DNA from: Escherichia coli O157 typing phage 14
DNA: 64,000 nucleotides
Direction: 5' to 3' (one strand)
Sequence record: KP869112
Translations under genes and position numbers: made by a program
The notes under the pieces: generated by a model
Database searches by the model: none
Told to the model about the DNA's origin: nothing
Seen by the model: only the letters and a program-made list of their open reading frames with translations
Part shown: in pieces, positions 18,046 through 28,028 of the stretch
Position numbering within the stretch: position 1 is the stretch's first letter
Layout: every line of letters begins with the position of its first letter

Positions 18046-19328
18046 TGCATCAAATCAAAACAACACTGTACGCACTGAACAAAGATGGCAGCTACCAACA
18101 GTGGAAAGTATTCACGGATGGTGATAAGGTTATCGTAGAGTTTGGCAAGCTTGATGGTAAACTGCAATACAAAGAGACGATCTGCACACCTAAGAACGTT
18201 GGTCGCGCCAATGAAACTACAGCTGAGCAACAGGCCGAGCTGGAAGCGATCAGTAAGTGGGAAAAACAGGTCCGACTCGGGTACGTGGAGAGTATGGAAG
18301 ATTGTGAGCAAGGTGTTGATCTTTTACCCATGTTGGTGCATGACTACCTGAAGCGTGGCAAGGCACTTAAATTACCTTGCTGGATCTTGCGTAAGTTAGA
18401 TGGCCTTCGTCTACTTGTTGTTTTCCAGAATGGTGAGCCTAAATTTATTTCCCGTGGTAATAAATCCTACCCTATTCAAGGAAAGCTTCTGGAGCAACTT
18501 CGCTCTTTCCACCTAACCACCGGGATTAAACAGCTCGACGGAGAGCTCTATATTCATGGTCTGCCTCTGCAGAAAATAGTGTCTCTTGCTAAACGGTGGC
18601 GCACACAGGAAGAAATTCAGGCCGAGATCGATAAAGACTACGAGGCAGATAAAAAACGCCGTCAGGCTGCGATTAAGGCAGGTTTAGCAACATACAAAAA
18701 CTTCAACAAGATGGATATTCCTGTTGATGTTGAGCCTGTTCGTGATGATTTGCGTTACGGAGGGTACTGCAGCTACGACTTAGAGTATCATATTTTCGAT
18801 ATTCCTAGCGATAAGGTGTGGTGGGATCCTGAAACAGAGTCTGGACGCTGTAAGGATCTTATGGAGGCAAATGGTGCTATTGCTTCTTTGATGCTTGACC
18901 ATATTAAGGTTGTTGATGCAGAGCTTGCATACACAGTTGATCGGTGCGAAGAGTCTGTTGGTATATTTATGTCTGAGGGATATGAAGGTACCATTATGCG
19001 TAACTTCTGTGGTAAATATGAGTATGGTCAGCGAACATCTGAAGCATTGAAATGGAAAAAGTTCAACGACGCAGAGGTGAAAGTTATTGACGTTGAGAAA
19101 GATAAGAATGATGAAGGTGTTCTTATCTGTGTTGACAAGGAAGGTGTTGTTGTTAAAATGAAGATGAAAGGCACGCACGAGGAGCGTAGCTATGACAGGA
19201 TGCAGGAAATGATCGGCAAGTTTGTCACCTTCAAATATCAAGCAAGGACAGAAGACAACAACTACCAATTCCCTGTCGGTATCTGCGTCCGAAATGTTAA
19301 CCCAGACACTTGGGAGGTTCTGGAATGA
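18045..19328 (+). CDS. ATP-dependent DNA ligase
   Basis: 427 aa with nucleotidyltransferase motif I KLDG (LRKLDGLRLLVVF). Confidence 0.7.
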   Translation: MHQIKTTLYALNKDGSYQQWKVFTDGDKVIVEFGKLDGKLQYKETICTPKNVGRANETTAEQQAELEAISKWEKQVRLGYVESMEDCEQGVDLLPMLVHDYLKRGKALKLPCWILRKLDGLRLLVVFQNGEPKFISRGNKSYPIQGKLLEQLRSFHLTTGIKQLDGELYIHGLPLQKIVSLAKRWRTQEEIQAEIDKDYEADKKRRQAAIKAGLATYKNFNKMDIPVDVEPVRDDLRYGGYCSYDLEYHIFDIPSDKVWWDPETESGRCKDLMEANGAIASLMLDHIKVVDAELAYTVDRCEESVGIFMSEGYEGTIMRNFCGKYEYGQRTSEALKWKKFNDAEVKVIDVEKDKNDEGVLICVDKEGVVVKMKMKGTHEERSYDRMQEMIGKFVTFKYQARTEDNNYQFPVGICVRNVNPDTWEVLE

Positions 19329-19452
19329 TGTAGGATGGTTTAGTAGGTAACGGTAGCCAATTGAATGATGGTTTTTCAATTGGCACCTACATAACCACAC
19401 TATGCAGTGTTGTTGATCGGGTTAGTTATGAGTAAACTGGAGAGTATGAAAA

Positions 19453-19923
19453 ATGAAACTTGATAAAAATGTTCAACGAAAAGCTTTCTTGGATATGATC
19501 GCATATTCGGAAGGAACAGATAATGGTAGACAACCTACCAAGGATCGGGGATACGATGTAATAGTCGGAGGCAAGCTGTTCAGCGATTACAGCAAGCATC
19601 CCGGTGTTTACGTTAAGCTAAATGCTAAACTTACCTCCTCCGCTGCTGGGCGTTACCAGGTTTTGGAGAAGTTTGCTAAACACTACATGAAACAGTTAGG
19701 ATTACCAGATTTTGGCCCTGCCAGCCAGGACAATATTGCGTTGCAACTGATCCGTGAGTGCAAGGCTCTTGCCGACATTGACGAAGGTCGTATCCACGAA
19801 GCTATCCGCAAATGCCGTTCCCGCTGGGCTTCGTTACCTGGTGCTGGGTATGGTCAGCATGAACAGAAGATCGAGAAGTTGATCGAGGTGTTTAAAAAGG
19901 CAGGCGGCGTTGTCCTGGATTGA
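19453..19923 (+). CDS. endolysin, lambda R-like lytic transglycosylase
   Basis: Near-colinear with lambda R as recalled: QRKAFLDMIAYSEGTDNGRQ, YDVIVGG, AGRYQ, KQLGL.DF, WASLPGAGYGQ. Confidence 0.9.
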   Translation: MKLDKNVQRKAFLDMIAYSEGTDNGRQPTKDRGYDVIVGGKLFSDYSKHPGVYVKLNAKLTSSAAGRYQVLEKFAKHYMKQLGLPDFGPASQDNIALQLIRECKALADIDEGRIHEAIRKCRSRWASLPGAGYGQHEQKIEKLIEVFKKAGGVVLD

Positions 19924-19986
19924 TCATTGACATAACCACACGGACGTGGTATTGTTACCTCATAGAATGTTCGAGAGGGTTTAACC

Positions 19987-20193
19987 ATGAAAGATTTTCT
20001 GTTGGCAATTTTGTTCATGGCAGCATGTCTGGCCTGTGGTGTCGTGTTTGCAGGTGAAACAGCGTATCTTGTCGATGTATATCGGGACAATGGTAAACGT
20101 ATTTGCCTTTATGAGACAAGCCAAGGTGAGCTCTACGAGCTTGTGAAACAAGGCGAGGCTGGATCTTGTCCTCGCACCCATTTCTTTGAATGA
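19987..20193 (+). CDS. small secreted/membrane protein
   Basis: 68 aa with hydrophobic N-terminus (LLAILFMAACLACGVVFA) directly downstream of the endolysin gene; role in lysis is speculative. Confidence 0.35.
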   Translation: MKDFLLAILFMAACLACGVVFAGETAYLVDVYRDNGKRICLYETSQGELYELVKQGEAGSCPRTHFFE

Positions 20194-20202
20194 GGAGAAT
20201 AC

Positions 20203-20667
20203 GTGGAAGACGGACGTTTAATGAAGTCTGAACGCAGGCTTATTGTGCAACTGATCCCAGAAACAGCTTGGTATAATAACCTCCGGAACGCTGTGAAGAA
20301 GAGTGAGTGGGATAAGATCCGCAAGAAGTGCTATAGAGAAGCCAACTACACTTGTGAGGTGTGCGGCGGTAAAGGCAGCAAACACCCAGTGGAGTGTCAT
20401 GAACTTTACACTTTCGAAGAGGGAGTGATCCGGCTTGTCGGACTGATAGCGTTGTGCCCAGATTGTCACACATCGGTGCATCCTGGGTTAGCAAATATCC
20501 GTGGAAAGTATGCTCAAGCAGTTAATCAGTTGGCTAAGGTGAATAAGATCACCAAAGGTATGGCAGAGGCGTATTACCGAGACTGCTTTGCAGAGTGGCG
20601 TGAGCTTAGTAAAGTTCCAGAATGGAAGACTGACTTTTCGTGGATAGAGGGTTACCTTGATGGCTAA
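20203..20667 (+). CDS. zinc-binding HNH-like protein
   Basis: CEVCGG...HPVECHE...CPDCHTSVH (CxxC, H-H, CxxCH) resembles an HNH nuclease fold; GTG start after GAGGAG. Confidence 0.4.
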   Translation: MEDGRLMKSERRLIVQLIPETAWYNNLRNAVKKSEWDKIRKKCYREANYTCEVCGGKGSKHPVECHELYTFEEGVIRLVGLIALCPDCHTSVHPGLANIRGKYAQAVNQLAKVNKITKGMAEAYYRDCFAEWRELSKVPEWKTDFSWIEGYLDG

Positions 20668-20950
20668 GAGACCTGTAAAAGAGAAATTCGATAAGACAGC
20701 TTTTGTATTCGATACACCTCTGGACGATATCATCAGAGGTATGCAAGCCTTGTATCGGAAGGCTGAATCTGAGCAGTTGTCTGAATCAGAACTTTACTGG
20801 CTTGGTTGGTGGGAGTTAAACCTGCCTAAAGCTGAAAGTTCTTGTCTGAGAACTGTTAAAACGTGCGCCCAAGAAAACGCTGCACTTGGAATCTACCACA
20901 AAAGGAAAAGATCAACAAAAAGCTCTCCAAGAAAGACTAAAAAGTCTTGA
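20657..20950 (+). CDS. hypothetical protein
   Basis: 97 aa, basic C-terminus; no motif recognised. Confidence 0.35.
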   Translation: MMAKRPVKEKFDKTAFVFDTPLDDIIRGMQALYRKAESEQLSESELYWLGWWELNLPKAESSCLRTVKTCAQENAALGIYHKRKRSTKSSPRKTKKS

Positions 20951-20976
20951 CAAAAGTGTTATTAATCTGATATTAT
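20947..20976 (+). promoter_or_regulatory. sigma70-like promoter
   Basis: TTGACA, 18-nt spacer, TATTAT. Confidence 0.4.
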
Positions 20977-21009
20977 CGGTCAGATATCTATAAACTAGGA
21001 GAACTAGAT

Positions 21010-21318
21010 ATGCTTAAAATTTTTATTGTTGAAGATAAAGATATTGTCCAGTTGTATGCAAACGAGAATCATAAAGGTATGATTCTGAAGAAGGCAAGCA
21101 ACCTTCATGAAAACACAATTCAACCTGGCGATGTAATTAAGATCTGTGGTTATATGATACCAGACTCCTTGATGAAAATAACCCACCACTGGGGGTCTAA
21201 TCCGTTCCTTTTTGAAAAGTATTGGGATGTTGAGTCACTTATTGCAGAGAGTGATGATGCATTCCATTACAGCATCCAACCATCTTGCAGAATAACTAAC
21301 AGGAGGGTCTTTGAGTAG
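21010..21318 (+). CDS. hypothetical protein
   Basis: 102-aa ORF; no motif recognised. Confidence 0.35.
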   Translation: MLKIFIVEDKDIVQLYANENHKGMILKKASNLHENTIQPGDVIKICGYMIPDSLMKITHHWGSNPFLFEKYWDVESLIAESDDAFHYSIQPSCRITNRRVFE

Positions 21319-22450
21319 AGAATATCCACTTATTGAGTCCATAGATTGTCTGGCTGATCTTCTTGAACCTGACGCTATAGTTTATTATGACTTCGATCAG
21401 GTTGCATATCAAGCTGCAGCAAGTTGTGAAAAAAGGACAATTGAGGTAACACACAAAGCCTCCGGACGTAAGAAGATGTTTAAAACACGAACAGAGTTCT
21501 GGGGGCGGCAGAAGAACACCGTTGGTGGTTGGTTAAAAGCTGAGAATACCAACCGTGAAGCTGCATGTAAAAAGGCTGGCAAGGAGTTTATTCCGTGGAC
21601 ACGAGAAGATTTCGATGTCTTGGATATCCAAACCCCTGATCCTGTAGAGAACTGCTTGCACACAATTAAGTGTAAAGCTAATGCAGTCCTTAATTATCTC
21701 GGTATTCCGGAAGATCGGTGCGTGGGGGTACTTGGAGGCACAGGTAATTTCAGACTAGATCTTCCCATGCCGGAAAGATATAAAGCCAACCGTAACAATA
21801 CTCTTCGACCACTGCTGCTTGGAGATGCAAGACAGTATCTCCAAAAGCAGTATAATGCTCAAGTGATCAACGGTATCGAGGCTGACGACTGGTTAGCTAT
21901 TCAGCAATTTGAAGGTTGGAACCACTACCAAAAAACAGGTAAGTTCAACAAGTTTATTATCTCTATTGATAAGGACCAAAGAACACTACCTGGGCTTGTG
22001 TTCGATCCCATGCGAAACGATAAGGGGGATTTTGTAAGGGAAACCCCTATGCTGATCGATAACGGTATGGGTAACATCTTCATGAAGCCTAATGGAGAGG
22101 TTGGTGGTTACGGAATGCTGTTCTTCGGATACCAAATGCTGTGTGGTGACTCTGCTGACAACATTAAGCCGTATCAAGGACTTATCGGTAAGGGTAAGTT
22201 CGGAGATGCCTCAGCATTCTACCTACTGTCTCAGTGCAGCACTCCAAAGGAGATGTGGGTGGCTATTATTGATCAGTACAAGAAGTGGTTCCCGAAAGGT
22301 GTTGTTAAGTATACTGACTTCAATGGTGTTGATCGTAGAATTTCCGTAGGTCAATGGATGAGTATAATTTTTGACTGTTTGTATATGAAGCGAACATTCA
22401 ATGATCAAACAAAACTTGTTAACGTTCTTAGAAATGTTGGAGCAATCTGA
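21311..22450 (+). CDS. 5'-3' exonuclease / flap endonuclease (RNase H-like)
   Basis: GIEADDWLA and LCGDSADNIKPYQGLIGKG match the metal-binding and helix-3-turn-helix motifs of the FEN / T5 D15 / T4 RNase H family; TTG start after AGGAGGG. Confidence 0.6.
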   Translation: MSREYPLIESIDCLADLLEPDAIVYYDFDQVAYQAAASCEKRTIEVTHKASGRKKMFKTRTEFWGRQKNTVGGWLKAENTNREAACKKAGKEFIPWTREDFDVLDIQTPDPVENCLHTIKCKANAVLNYLGIPEDRCVGVLGGTGNFRLDLPMPERYKANRNNTLRPLLLGDARQYLQKQYNAQVINGIEADDWLAIQQFEGWNHYQKTGKFNKFIISIDKDQRTLPGLVFDPMRNDKGDFVRETPMLIDNGMGNIFMKPNGEVGGYGMLFFGYQMLCGDSADNIKPYQGLIGKGKFGDASAFYLLSQCSTPKEMWVAIIDQYKKWFPKGVVKYTDFNGVDRRISVGQWMSIIFDCLYMKRTFNDQTKLVNVLRNVGAI

Positions 22451-22782
22451 TGACTAAAAATGCTGTAGATAACGCAATTATGGAAGCTGTTTTTGAGGAT
22501 GATCATACAACAGGGACACTTAAAACAAAAAATACATTCGTTGTTGCCACAGGTATGTGGCGGTTGTATGAAGATGACACCATTTCATACATCCTGTACA
22601 CGGATGATTACGCAGATGACCGTGTATGGTCTGCTGTTTTAAAAGAGGATTGTGAACTGATTGAGGGCGAGCGGTTATGCATGTTCACCAGTGTGGAAAC
22701 AGATGTTAAGCTTTGCTCTCTCGTCTTGTTCAAAGATAAGGCTTATGCTCCTGATGAAGGAGAGGAGGATGAGGAAGCATGA
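22450..22782 (+). CDS. hypothetical acidic protein
   Basis: 110 aa with acidic C-terminus (EGEEDEEA). Confidence 0.35.
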   Translation: MTKNAVDNAIMEAVFEDDHTTGTLKTKNTFVVATGMWRLYEDDTISYILYTDDYADDRVWSAVLKEDCELIEGERLCMFTSVETDVKLCSLVLFKDKAYAPDEGEEDEEA

Positions 22783-23408
22783 GAGAGCGTCTATTATCCA
22801 TAGACCAGTCGTTGACACACACAGCTTGCGTTGTATGGGACGATGGAAAGCCTGTTCATAAGGTTGTATTACGAACTCAAAGCTCATCTGCAAAAGAGAA
22901 GAAACCAGGGACGGTTTCTTTTGCAACAGCTGCTGAGCGTATTGACTGGATCTGCAAACAGGTCAGATATTATATCCACACGCACGGAGTTGACACCGTG
23001 GTTATGGAAGGGCTTTCCTTTGGATCACGCGGGGATGCCACACGTGAACTGGCTGGGTTGTTTTACGGTCTTGAAGTTATGCTTTGGGATGCCTTAGCTG
23101 ATTGTGAAAATGACGGCCTGTTTAAGGTCCACACAGTGACACCAACAACTGCCAAAAAGTTTGCTCGTAGTCATCTTCCTGAGGAACTTGCTTTTGAGGA
23201 GAAGAAAAAGCTTGACAAAAAGACAGGTAAAGAGCATACTGTGAAGAAACCTGTTACGATGGATAAAAAGTTGATGGTTAAGGCCTGCGAAGTATCTGAA
23301 CCTGGGTTCCTAGATGGGATCAATTTGGTACAAGGTAAGGCCGATCTTGCAGATGCTTATTGGATAGGCAGGGCGCATCTGGAGGGATTATCGCAAAGCG
23401 TAAAATAA
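22779..23408 (+). CDS. RuvC-like Holliday junction resolvase (putative)
   Basis: RNase H-fold pattern: LSIDQSLTHTACVV, VVMEGLSFG, DLADAYWIGRAHL. Confidence 0.45.
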   Translation: MRERLLSIDQSLTHTACVVWDDGKPVHKVVLRTQSSSAKEKKPGTVSFATAAERIDWICKQVRYYIHTHGVDTVVMEGLSFGSRGDATRELAGLFYGLEVMLWDALADCENDGLFKVHTVTPTTAKKFARSHLPEELAFEEKKKLDKKTGKEHTVKKPVTMDKKLMVKACEVSEPGFLDGINLVQGKADLADAYWIGRAHLEGLSQSVK

Positions 23409-23965
23409 GAAAGAAAGCTGTCAAAGCTCCCGTTCATAACGGGTGGTTAAAAGATTCTAAGGACATAGCCAACTTTCGAAAAGAATTGTCAGAGGAGCAG
23501 GATGGTCTTGATCCAATCTTGTGCGAGCCACTTCGTAAGCCTTGTTTAGATCATGATCATCTGACTGGTCGTTGCAGGGGTGTTTTGTCTCAATGCACTA
23601 ATACCTTTGAGGGGTATGTGCTTAAATACTGGATGAAATACTGTAACGAGTATACAGATTGCAGTTTATCAGAGGCGTTGCGCCGGATGGCTGACTATTT
23701 GGAGAAAGACTACAGCGACTTCCCGCTCCACAAAAACTACAGAGATGATATGACAAAGTTCTTGAGGAGATGCTCTAAAGCTACGATTATTGCACGAGCA
23801 GAATCAGATCTCAATCTTGTCATTAATCCGGAGTGCACCAAGCATGAGGCTATTGAGTTCTACATGCAGGAGTTTATAAAGAAAACTGAGGAGAGAGATT
23901 TCTATGGGGATGAAAAAGGTATTCAATCCTTGCGACTCAGTCCTGATCAGGATGAAATACCGTAA
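23360..23965 (+). CDS. endonuclease VII-family nuclease
   Basis: CLDHDHLTGRCRGVLSQCTN signature; TTG start overlapping the upstream gene, so exact start is uncertain. Confidence 0.55.
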   Translation: MDRQGASGGIIAKRKIRKKAVKAPVHNGWLKDSKDIANFRKELSEEQDGLDPILCEPLRKPCLDHDHLTGRCRGVLSQCTNTFEGYVLKYWMKYCNEYTDCSLSEALRRMADYLEKDYSDFPLHKNYRDDMTKFLRRCSKATIIARAESDLNLVINPECTKHEAIEFYMQEFIKKTEERDFYGDEKGIQSLRLSPDQDEIP

Positions 23966-24125
23966 CTGGAAAGGTGTTGTTGCAGATCGCTGCGTTACTG
24001 AGCCTAATTTATGGTTTGGCTCTACAGAGTATCATAAAGAAGAGCAGTGGTTGATGCGTGCCTTCGATGTAGACAAGGGCGAATATCGTGACTTCGCTTT
24101 AAAAGACATTCTTCAGTTTTACTAA
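23904..24125 (+). CDS. hypothetical protein
   Basis: 73-aa ORF overlapping the preceding gene's 3' end; no motif recognised. Confidence 0.25.
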   Translation: MGMKKVFNPCDSVLIRMKYRNWKGVVADRCVTEPNLWFGSTEYHKEEQWLMRAFDVDKGEYRDFALKDILQFY

Positions 24126-24137
24126 GGAATCTTAACG

Positions 24138-25121
24138 ATGATGACAAAGTTAACTCTTGAGCAAATTTTAACACTAAAGCAACAGGGATACACTAATAGA
24201 CAAATTGCTCGTGAATTTTTAGGCCGTGAGTCACGTGAGAGCTGGATCCGACTACAGCTTAAACGTGCACAAGAGAATATGTCAGAGATTGTAGGAGAAG
24301 CAACGGAGCGCTTCCTTGAAGAGCACAAAGGCGCTAAAGTTTGGGTGTATGATACAGAGACATCCCCAACAAACGGCTGGTTCTTTGGGCACTATAAGAC
24401 CAACATTCAAACCTGTGGTATTGAAGTTATGCCTTATATGCTAACTTTCGCAGGTAAGTGGTTAGACAGCCCTAGTGTGGTTGACTGCGCTCTTCCCGAT
24501 TACAAAATGTGGGATGAGGATATTCACAATGATCTCGAATTGATTCAGGATTTGTGGTATTATCTGGATAAATGCGATGTCGCAGTAGCCCACAATTCAG
24601 GTTTTGACTGCGGGTGGGCCAACCAACGATTTGCATTTCACGGGTTGCCTCCAACAAGCCCCTACAAAGAGGTTGACACCCTTAAAATGATCAAGAAGGC
24701 ATTCCGTTTGAATGCAAACACTTTGGAGTATGCATGCAAATACTTCCAACTGGCCCGACAGAAACTGATTGATCACACATTTGAAATGTGGATCAAGTGT
24801 GTCCATGGCGATCTTGAGGCATTTAAACAGATGCGGGAGTATAATGTTGGTGATATCCTGTCTCTGGAAGGACTGTATTTGCTGGCTCGCCCGTTTGCTA
24901 AGCAGCACCCAAACATGTCATTGTACTACCAGGACGAGGAGCCAAAGGTTCGTTGCCCACGCTGTGGTGGAGAACACCTTCACGAGGAAGAAGCTTTGGC
25001 ATATACTCAGCTGAGTGCATTTAAAACATACCGCTGCGAAGGTTGTGGATCTGTTGTTCGTGACCGTAACAACATCCGTACCAGAGAAGAAATGAAAAAC
25101 ACCCTGATTCAGATAATCTAA
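24138..25121 (+). CDS. DnaQ-like 3'-5' exonuclease with N-terminal HTH and C-terminal zinc ribbon
   Basis: Exo motifs VWVYDTETSP, VAHNSGFDCGW, YNVGD; HTH-like YTNRQIAREFLG; C-terminal CPRCGG...CEGCG. Confidence 0.55.
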   Translation: MMTKLTLEQILTLKQQGYTNRQIAREFLGRESRESWIRLQLKRAQENMSEIVGEATERFLEEHKGAKVWVYDTETSPTNGWFFGHYKTNIQTCGIEVMPYMLTFAGKWLDSPSVVDCALPDYKMWDEDIHNDLELIQDLWYYLDKCDVAVAHNSGFDCGWANQRFAFHGLPPTSPYKEVDTLKMIKKAFRLNANTLEYACKYFQLARQKLIDHTFEMWIKCVHGDLEAFKQMREYNVGDILSLEGLYLLARPFAKQHPNMSLYYQDEEPKVRCPRCGGEHLHEEEALAYTQLSAFKTYRCEGCGSVVRDRNNIRTREEMKNTLIQII

Positions 25122-25129
25122 CAATTATA

Positions 25130-25157
25130 GGGAGGCTTGCGCCTCCCTTTTCCTTTT
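25130..25157 (+). terminator. rho-independent terminator
   Basis: GGGAGGC-ttgc-GCCTCCC hairpin followed by TTTTCCTTTT. Confidence 0.6.
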
Positions 25158-25166
25158 GGAGGCACT

Positions 25167-25985
25167 TTGAGCAAGAAAGAGTCCAACGACAAATATTACA
25201 CAAACCCTGAGTATGCAGAATATCTTGTTGGTAAAGTAAAAGATAACTATGGGAATTGTGCATACGTTGAGCCCTCTGCTGGGAGGGGTTCTTTTTCAAA
25301 ACTATTTTCAGAGATACTGTCGTACGATTTAGTACCAGATCCTGAATTTGAAGGGCCAACACCGTGCATTCAGGCAAACTTCTTGGAGGTGCACCCCAAG
25401 GCAGATGTCTTCATAGGTAACCCACCATTTGGCAAGAATTCATCTTTAGCTTGCAAATTCTTCAACCATTGTGCATCATTGCTAGAGCTTGGAGGGGCCA
25501 TAGCCTTCATCTTGCCACGGACATTTGAAAAAATATTTTTTGCAAACAAATTGGACATGTCGATGCACCTTGTCTACAGCGAAAGGTGCCCTAAGAATTC
25601 GTTTTTACTTAATGGCAAACCTTATGACGTGCCGTGTGTTTTCCAAATTTGGGAGAAAAAGGCGTGTAATAGGGATCCTGTAGAGATTGGAGAGAATAAG
25701 TTATTTTCTTTTAGCACTCCAGATGACTACGACTTCTGTGTAAGACGTGTTGGGTATAATGCTGGAAAAGTATTGGGGGATGATGACCCAAAATCTGAAG
25801 AATCGACATATTTCATAAAATCTTTAGTTGACGGTGTTGACAGAGTGTTTGCTGAATGCTATTCTTCTTTTCAAGAAGAAGCAGGTAAGACTGCCGGAAT
25901 GAAGAGTATAGGCAAGAAAGAACTACAATACATTTTGGAGACCAGGTATGATCAAAAGCATAGACTTGACCAAAGAACTCACTGA
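25167..25985 (+). CDS. DNA N6-adenine methyltransferase (putative)
   Basis: YYTNPEY, motif I-like SAGRGSFS, motif IV FIGNPPFG. Start placed at TTG 25167 after GGAGG because the longer ORF begins inside the terminator hairpin. Confidence 0.55.
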   Translation: MSKKESNDKYYTNPEYAEYLVGKVKDNYGNCAYVEPSAGRGSFSKLFSEILSYDLVPDPEFEGPTPCIQANFLEVHPKADVFIGNPPFGKNSSLACKFFNHCASLLELGGAIAFILPRTFEKIFFANKLDMSMHLVYSERCPKNSFLLNGKPYDVPCVFQIWEKKACNRDPVEIGENKLFSFSTPDDYDFCVRRVGYNAGKVLGDDDPKSEESTYFIKSLVDGVDRVFAECYSSFQEEAGKTAGMKSIGKKELQYILETRYDQKHRLDQRTH

Positions 25986-26406
25986 TGCGAAAGCTTTTGG
26001 TGAGACAGCGGTACAAAGGGGGCAGGCAATGGGACTGGCACTACCTTTCGTCTTAAAAGAGCACTTTACAGATTTTCAACTTATCAAGGGCGATAAGGGA
26101 ATGCTTATCCTGGAGCATAAGTTGAGTAAGAAACGCTACAAAGTTGTTTTTAATTCTAAAGCCCCAACAAAACTTGGATTCAGAACTTACAATCTCAACC
26201 CATCCTATACTAAGGGTGTTGGAAGGGTAGAACAACAGCATTTCAGTGCTAGAGCTTCTTTAGCCCCTTTGATGCTAAATTTCTCAGGGGTGGCTTTAGG
26301 ATACCTTGATAAGAAAAGAGTTCTTCATGTCCGTTTCACAGACTTTGTAACGCTTTTAGCTAACAACGAAGTTGATGAAAAGGGACGTGTAAAAACAAAC
26401 TTCTAA
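25948..26406 (+). CDS. hypothetical protein
   Basis: 152-aa ORF; no motif recognised. Confidence 0.4.
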   Translation: MIKSIDLTKELTDAKAFGETAVQRGQAMGLALPFVLKEHFTDFQLIKGDKGMLILEHKLSKKRYKVVFNSKAPTKLGFRTYNLNPSYTKGVGRVEQQHFSARASLAPLMLNFSGVALGYLDKKRVLHVRFTDFVTLLANNEVDEKGRVKTNF

Positions 26407-26421
26407 TAACGCATGGTATGA

Positions 26422-26625
26422 TTGGAGACCACAATGACACTAAAGTTAACAATTCCAGACAGTTTTTCAGAAAACTTTATCCCAGAAATGATGGGTAAGA
26501 TGCGATCATTGCTTGATCAGATTGAGGAAGCTGTTTGGGGAGACGATGCTGTAGTGGCTAACGAGCTGGTAGATAAGTGTAAAAGTATTATTGATGCAGT
26601 TGAAGAATACCACGGAGGTTTTTGA
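26422..26625 (+). CDS. hypothetical acidic protein
   Basis: 67-aa ORF; no motif recognised. Confidence 0.35.
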   Translation: METTMTLKLTIPDSFSENFIPEMMGKMRSLLDQIEEAVWGDDAVVANELVDKCKSIIDAVEEYHGGF

Positions 26626-27239
26626 TGGATATTATTGTTCTTAACGCCCCACCCAGCAGTGGTAAGGATCACATTGCAGATCTCTTGTTGGAAGCTATTC
26701 CTAACTCACACCACCGTGAGGTTAAGGAGATGCTCTTCAGCGTGGCAATTAAGGCAGCTGGTGTAACTCCTCAACTCTGGAATGCACTTTATGACCGCCA
26801 CTACAAAGAAGAGCCTTGCCCTTTCTTAATGATAGACGGCAAGCATGTTTCTCCGCGAGAATGGATGATCCATTGTAGTGAAAATCTGATTAAACCTATC
26901 TTTGGTGAAGATGCTTTCGGTAAGGCCGCAGTCACATCCTTGAAGAAAGATTTCCCTAAAGGTAAAGGGGTTGTTGTTTACTCCGATGGTGGATTCAAAG
27001 AGGAGCTGGCATGCCTTAGCGAGTACGCATACAGCACAGGTGGAGATCTGTTGTTGTTCCGTATTCACCGTGTCGGATATGACTGGGGAAATGATTCCAG
27101 AACCTATCTAAGTCTGGAAAAGAACGGAATAAAAGGGATTGAGTTCGATGTTGTAAACCCTGAAGGTGCACCTTGGGAGTGTGCATCGGAGATTGTGTGC
27201 AAGTATATTGATGCTAAAGAGGCCCAAGAAGAATGTTAA
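26622..27239 (+). CDS. deoxynucleoside monophosphate kinase (putative)
   Basis: P-loop variant NAPPSSGKD, similar to the SGKD P-loop of T4 gp1 dNMP kinase as recalled. Confidence 0.45.
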   Translation: MMDIIVLNAPPSSGKDHIADLLLEAIPNSHHREVKEMLFSVAIKAAGVTPQLWNALYDRHYKEEPCPFLMIDGKHVSPREWMIHCSENLIKPIFGEDAFGKAAVTSLKKDFPKGKGVVVYSDGGFKEELACLSEYAYSTGGDLLLFRIHRVGYDWGNDSRTYLSLEKNGIKGIEFDVVNPEGAPWECASEIVCKYIDAKEAQEEC

Positions 27240-27826
27240 TCGGAATTGATGTAGATTTGACACTGGTAGATTCAGGAACAGCATGGTGGGAGTGGTTGGA
27301 GCGTTTGTATGGTCCAGCCAGTAAGACAGTCGCTAAACCTTCTAATGGACTGATGTATTACGATCTGTCAAAGTATTGGCCTGATCGCCCCAAAGAAAAC
27401 ATCATAGGGCCTTTTGATTTCTGGAGTGACCCATTCCTCTACGACTTTCTTAAGCCTGAAGAGGGGGCTATTGAGGTTATGAAAGATTTGGTGGCTCGTG
27501 GTCACAAGCTTGCATTTATCTCGGTATGCAAGAAAGGTCACCTTGCATCTAAATCAAGGTTCTTAAAGCGTTGGACCAGTGATTTTATGGATCTGGACGA
27601 TCACACCCAGGGTCACGGCTTCTACGCCACACATTTCAAAGGAAATGTGGCTGTAGATGTTATAATTGACGACAGGCATGAATACCTTAACCAATTCGCT
27701 TCACGACCTGAAGTTATTAAAATCCTAAAAGATACGCCTTATGAGCAATTCGAGGAGTTAAAGGTCAGTGTTGACTATACCGCTAATAGTTGGTATAAAA
27801 TAGGAAAGTTTTTAGAAGGTATTTGA
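27233..27826 (+). CDS. HAD-family phosphatase, putative 5'(3')-deoxyribonucleotidase
   Basis: HAD motif I GIDVDLTLVD (DxDxT) plus downstream K and DD motifs. Confidence 0.5.
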   Translation: MLIGIDVDLTLVDSGTAWWEWLERLYGPASKTVAKPSNGLMYYDLSKYWPDRPKENIIGPFDFWSDPFLYDFLKPEEGAIEVMKDLVARGHKLAFISVCKKGHLASKSRFLKRWTSDFMDLDDHTQGHGFYATHFKGNVAVDVIIDDRHEYLNQFASRPEVIKILKDTPYEQFEELKVSVDYTANSWYKIGKFLEGI

Positions 27827-27827
27827 A

Positions 27828-28028
27828 ATGGGCAGATGTTCTAAAGGTGGCGATCCTGTAGTCAGATACGGTGACTGGCTGGAGGTATATGATCTGGGGG
27901 GTAAGCTAGTGTATGCCTCCAGGATCACCCAAGATATGTGCTCTGATATGTTTAACAGATACCTTGCATTTAAGGCCAATATAAACCCAGACGAAATTTC
28001 CAAAATTAAAACAAGGAGAGCTAAATAA
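27828..28028 (+). CDS. hypothetical protein
   Basis: 66-aa ORF; no motif recognised. Confidence 0.3.
   Translation: MGRCSKGGDPVVRYGDWLEVYDLGGKLVYASRITQDMCSDMFNRYLAFKANINPDEISKIKTRRAK

Noticed and set aside
18780-19400. 206-aa minus-strand ORF
   Set aside because: Antisense within the DNA ligase gene, which carries the KLDG motif.
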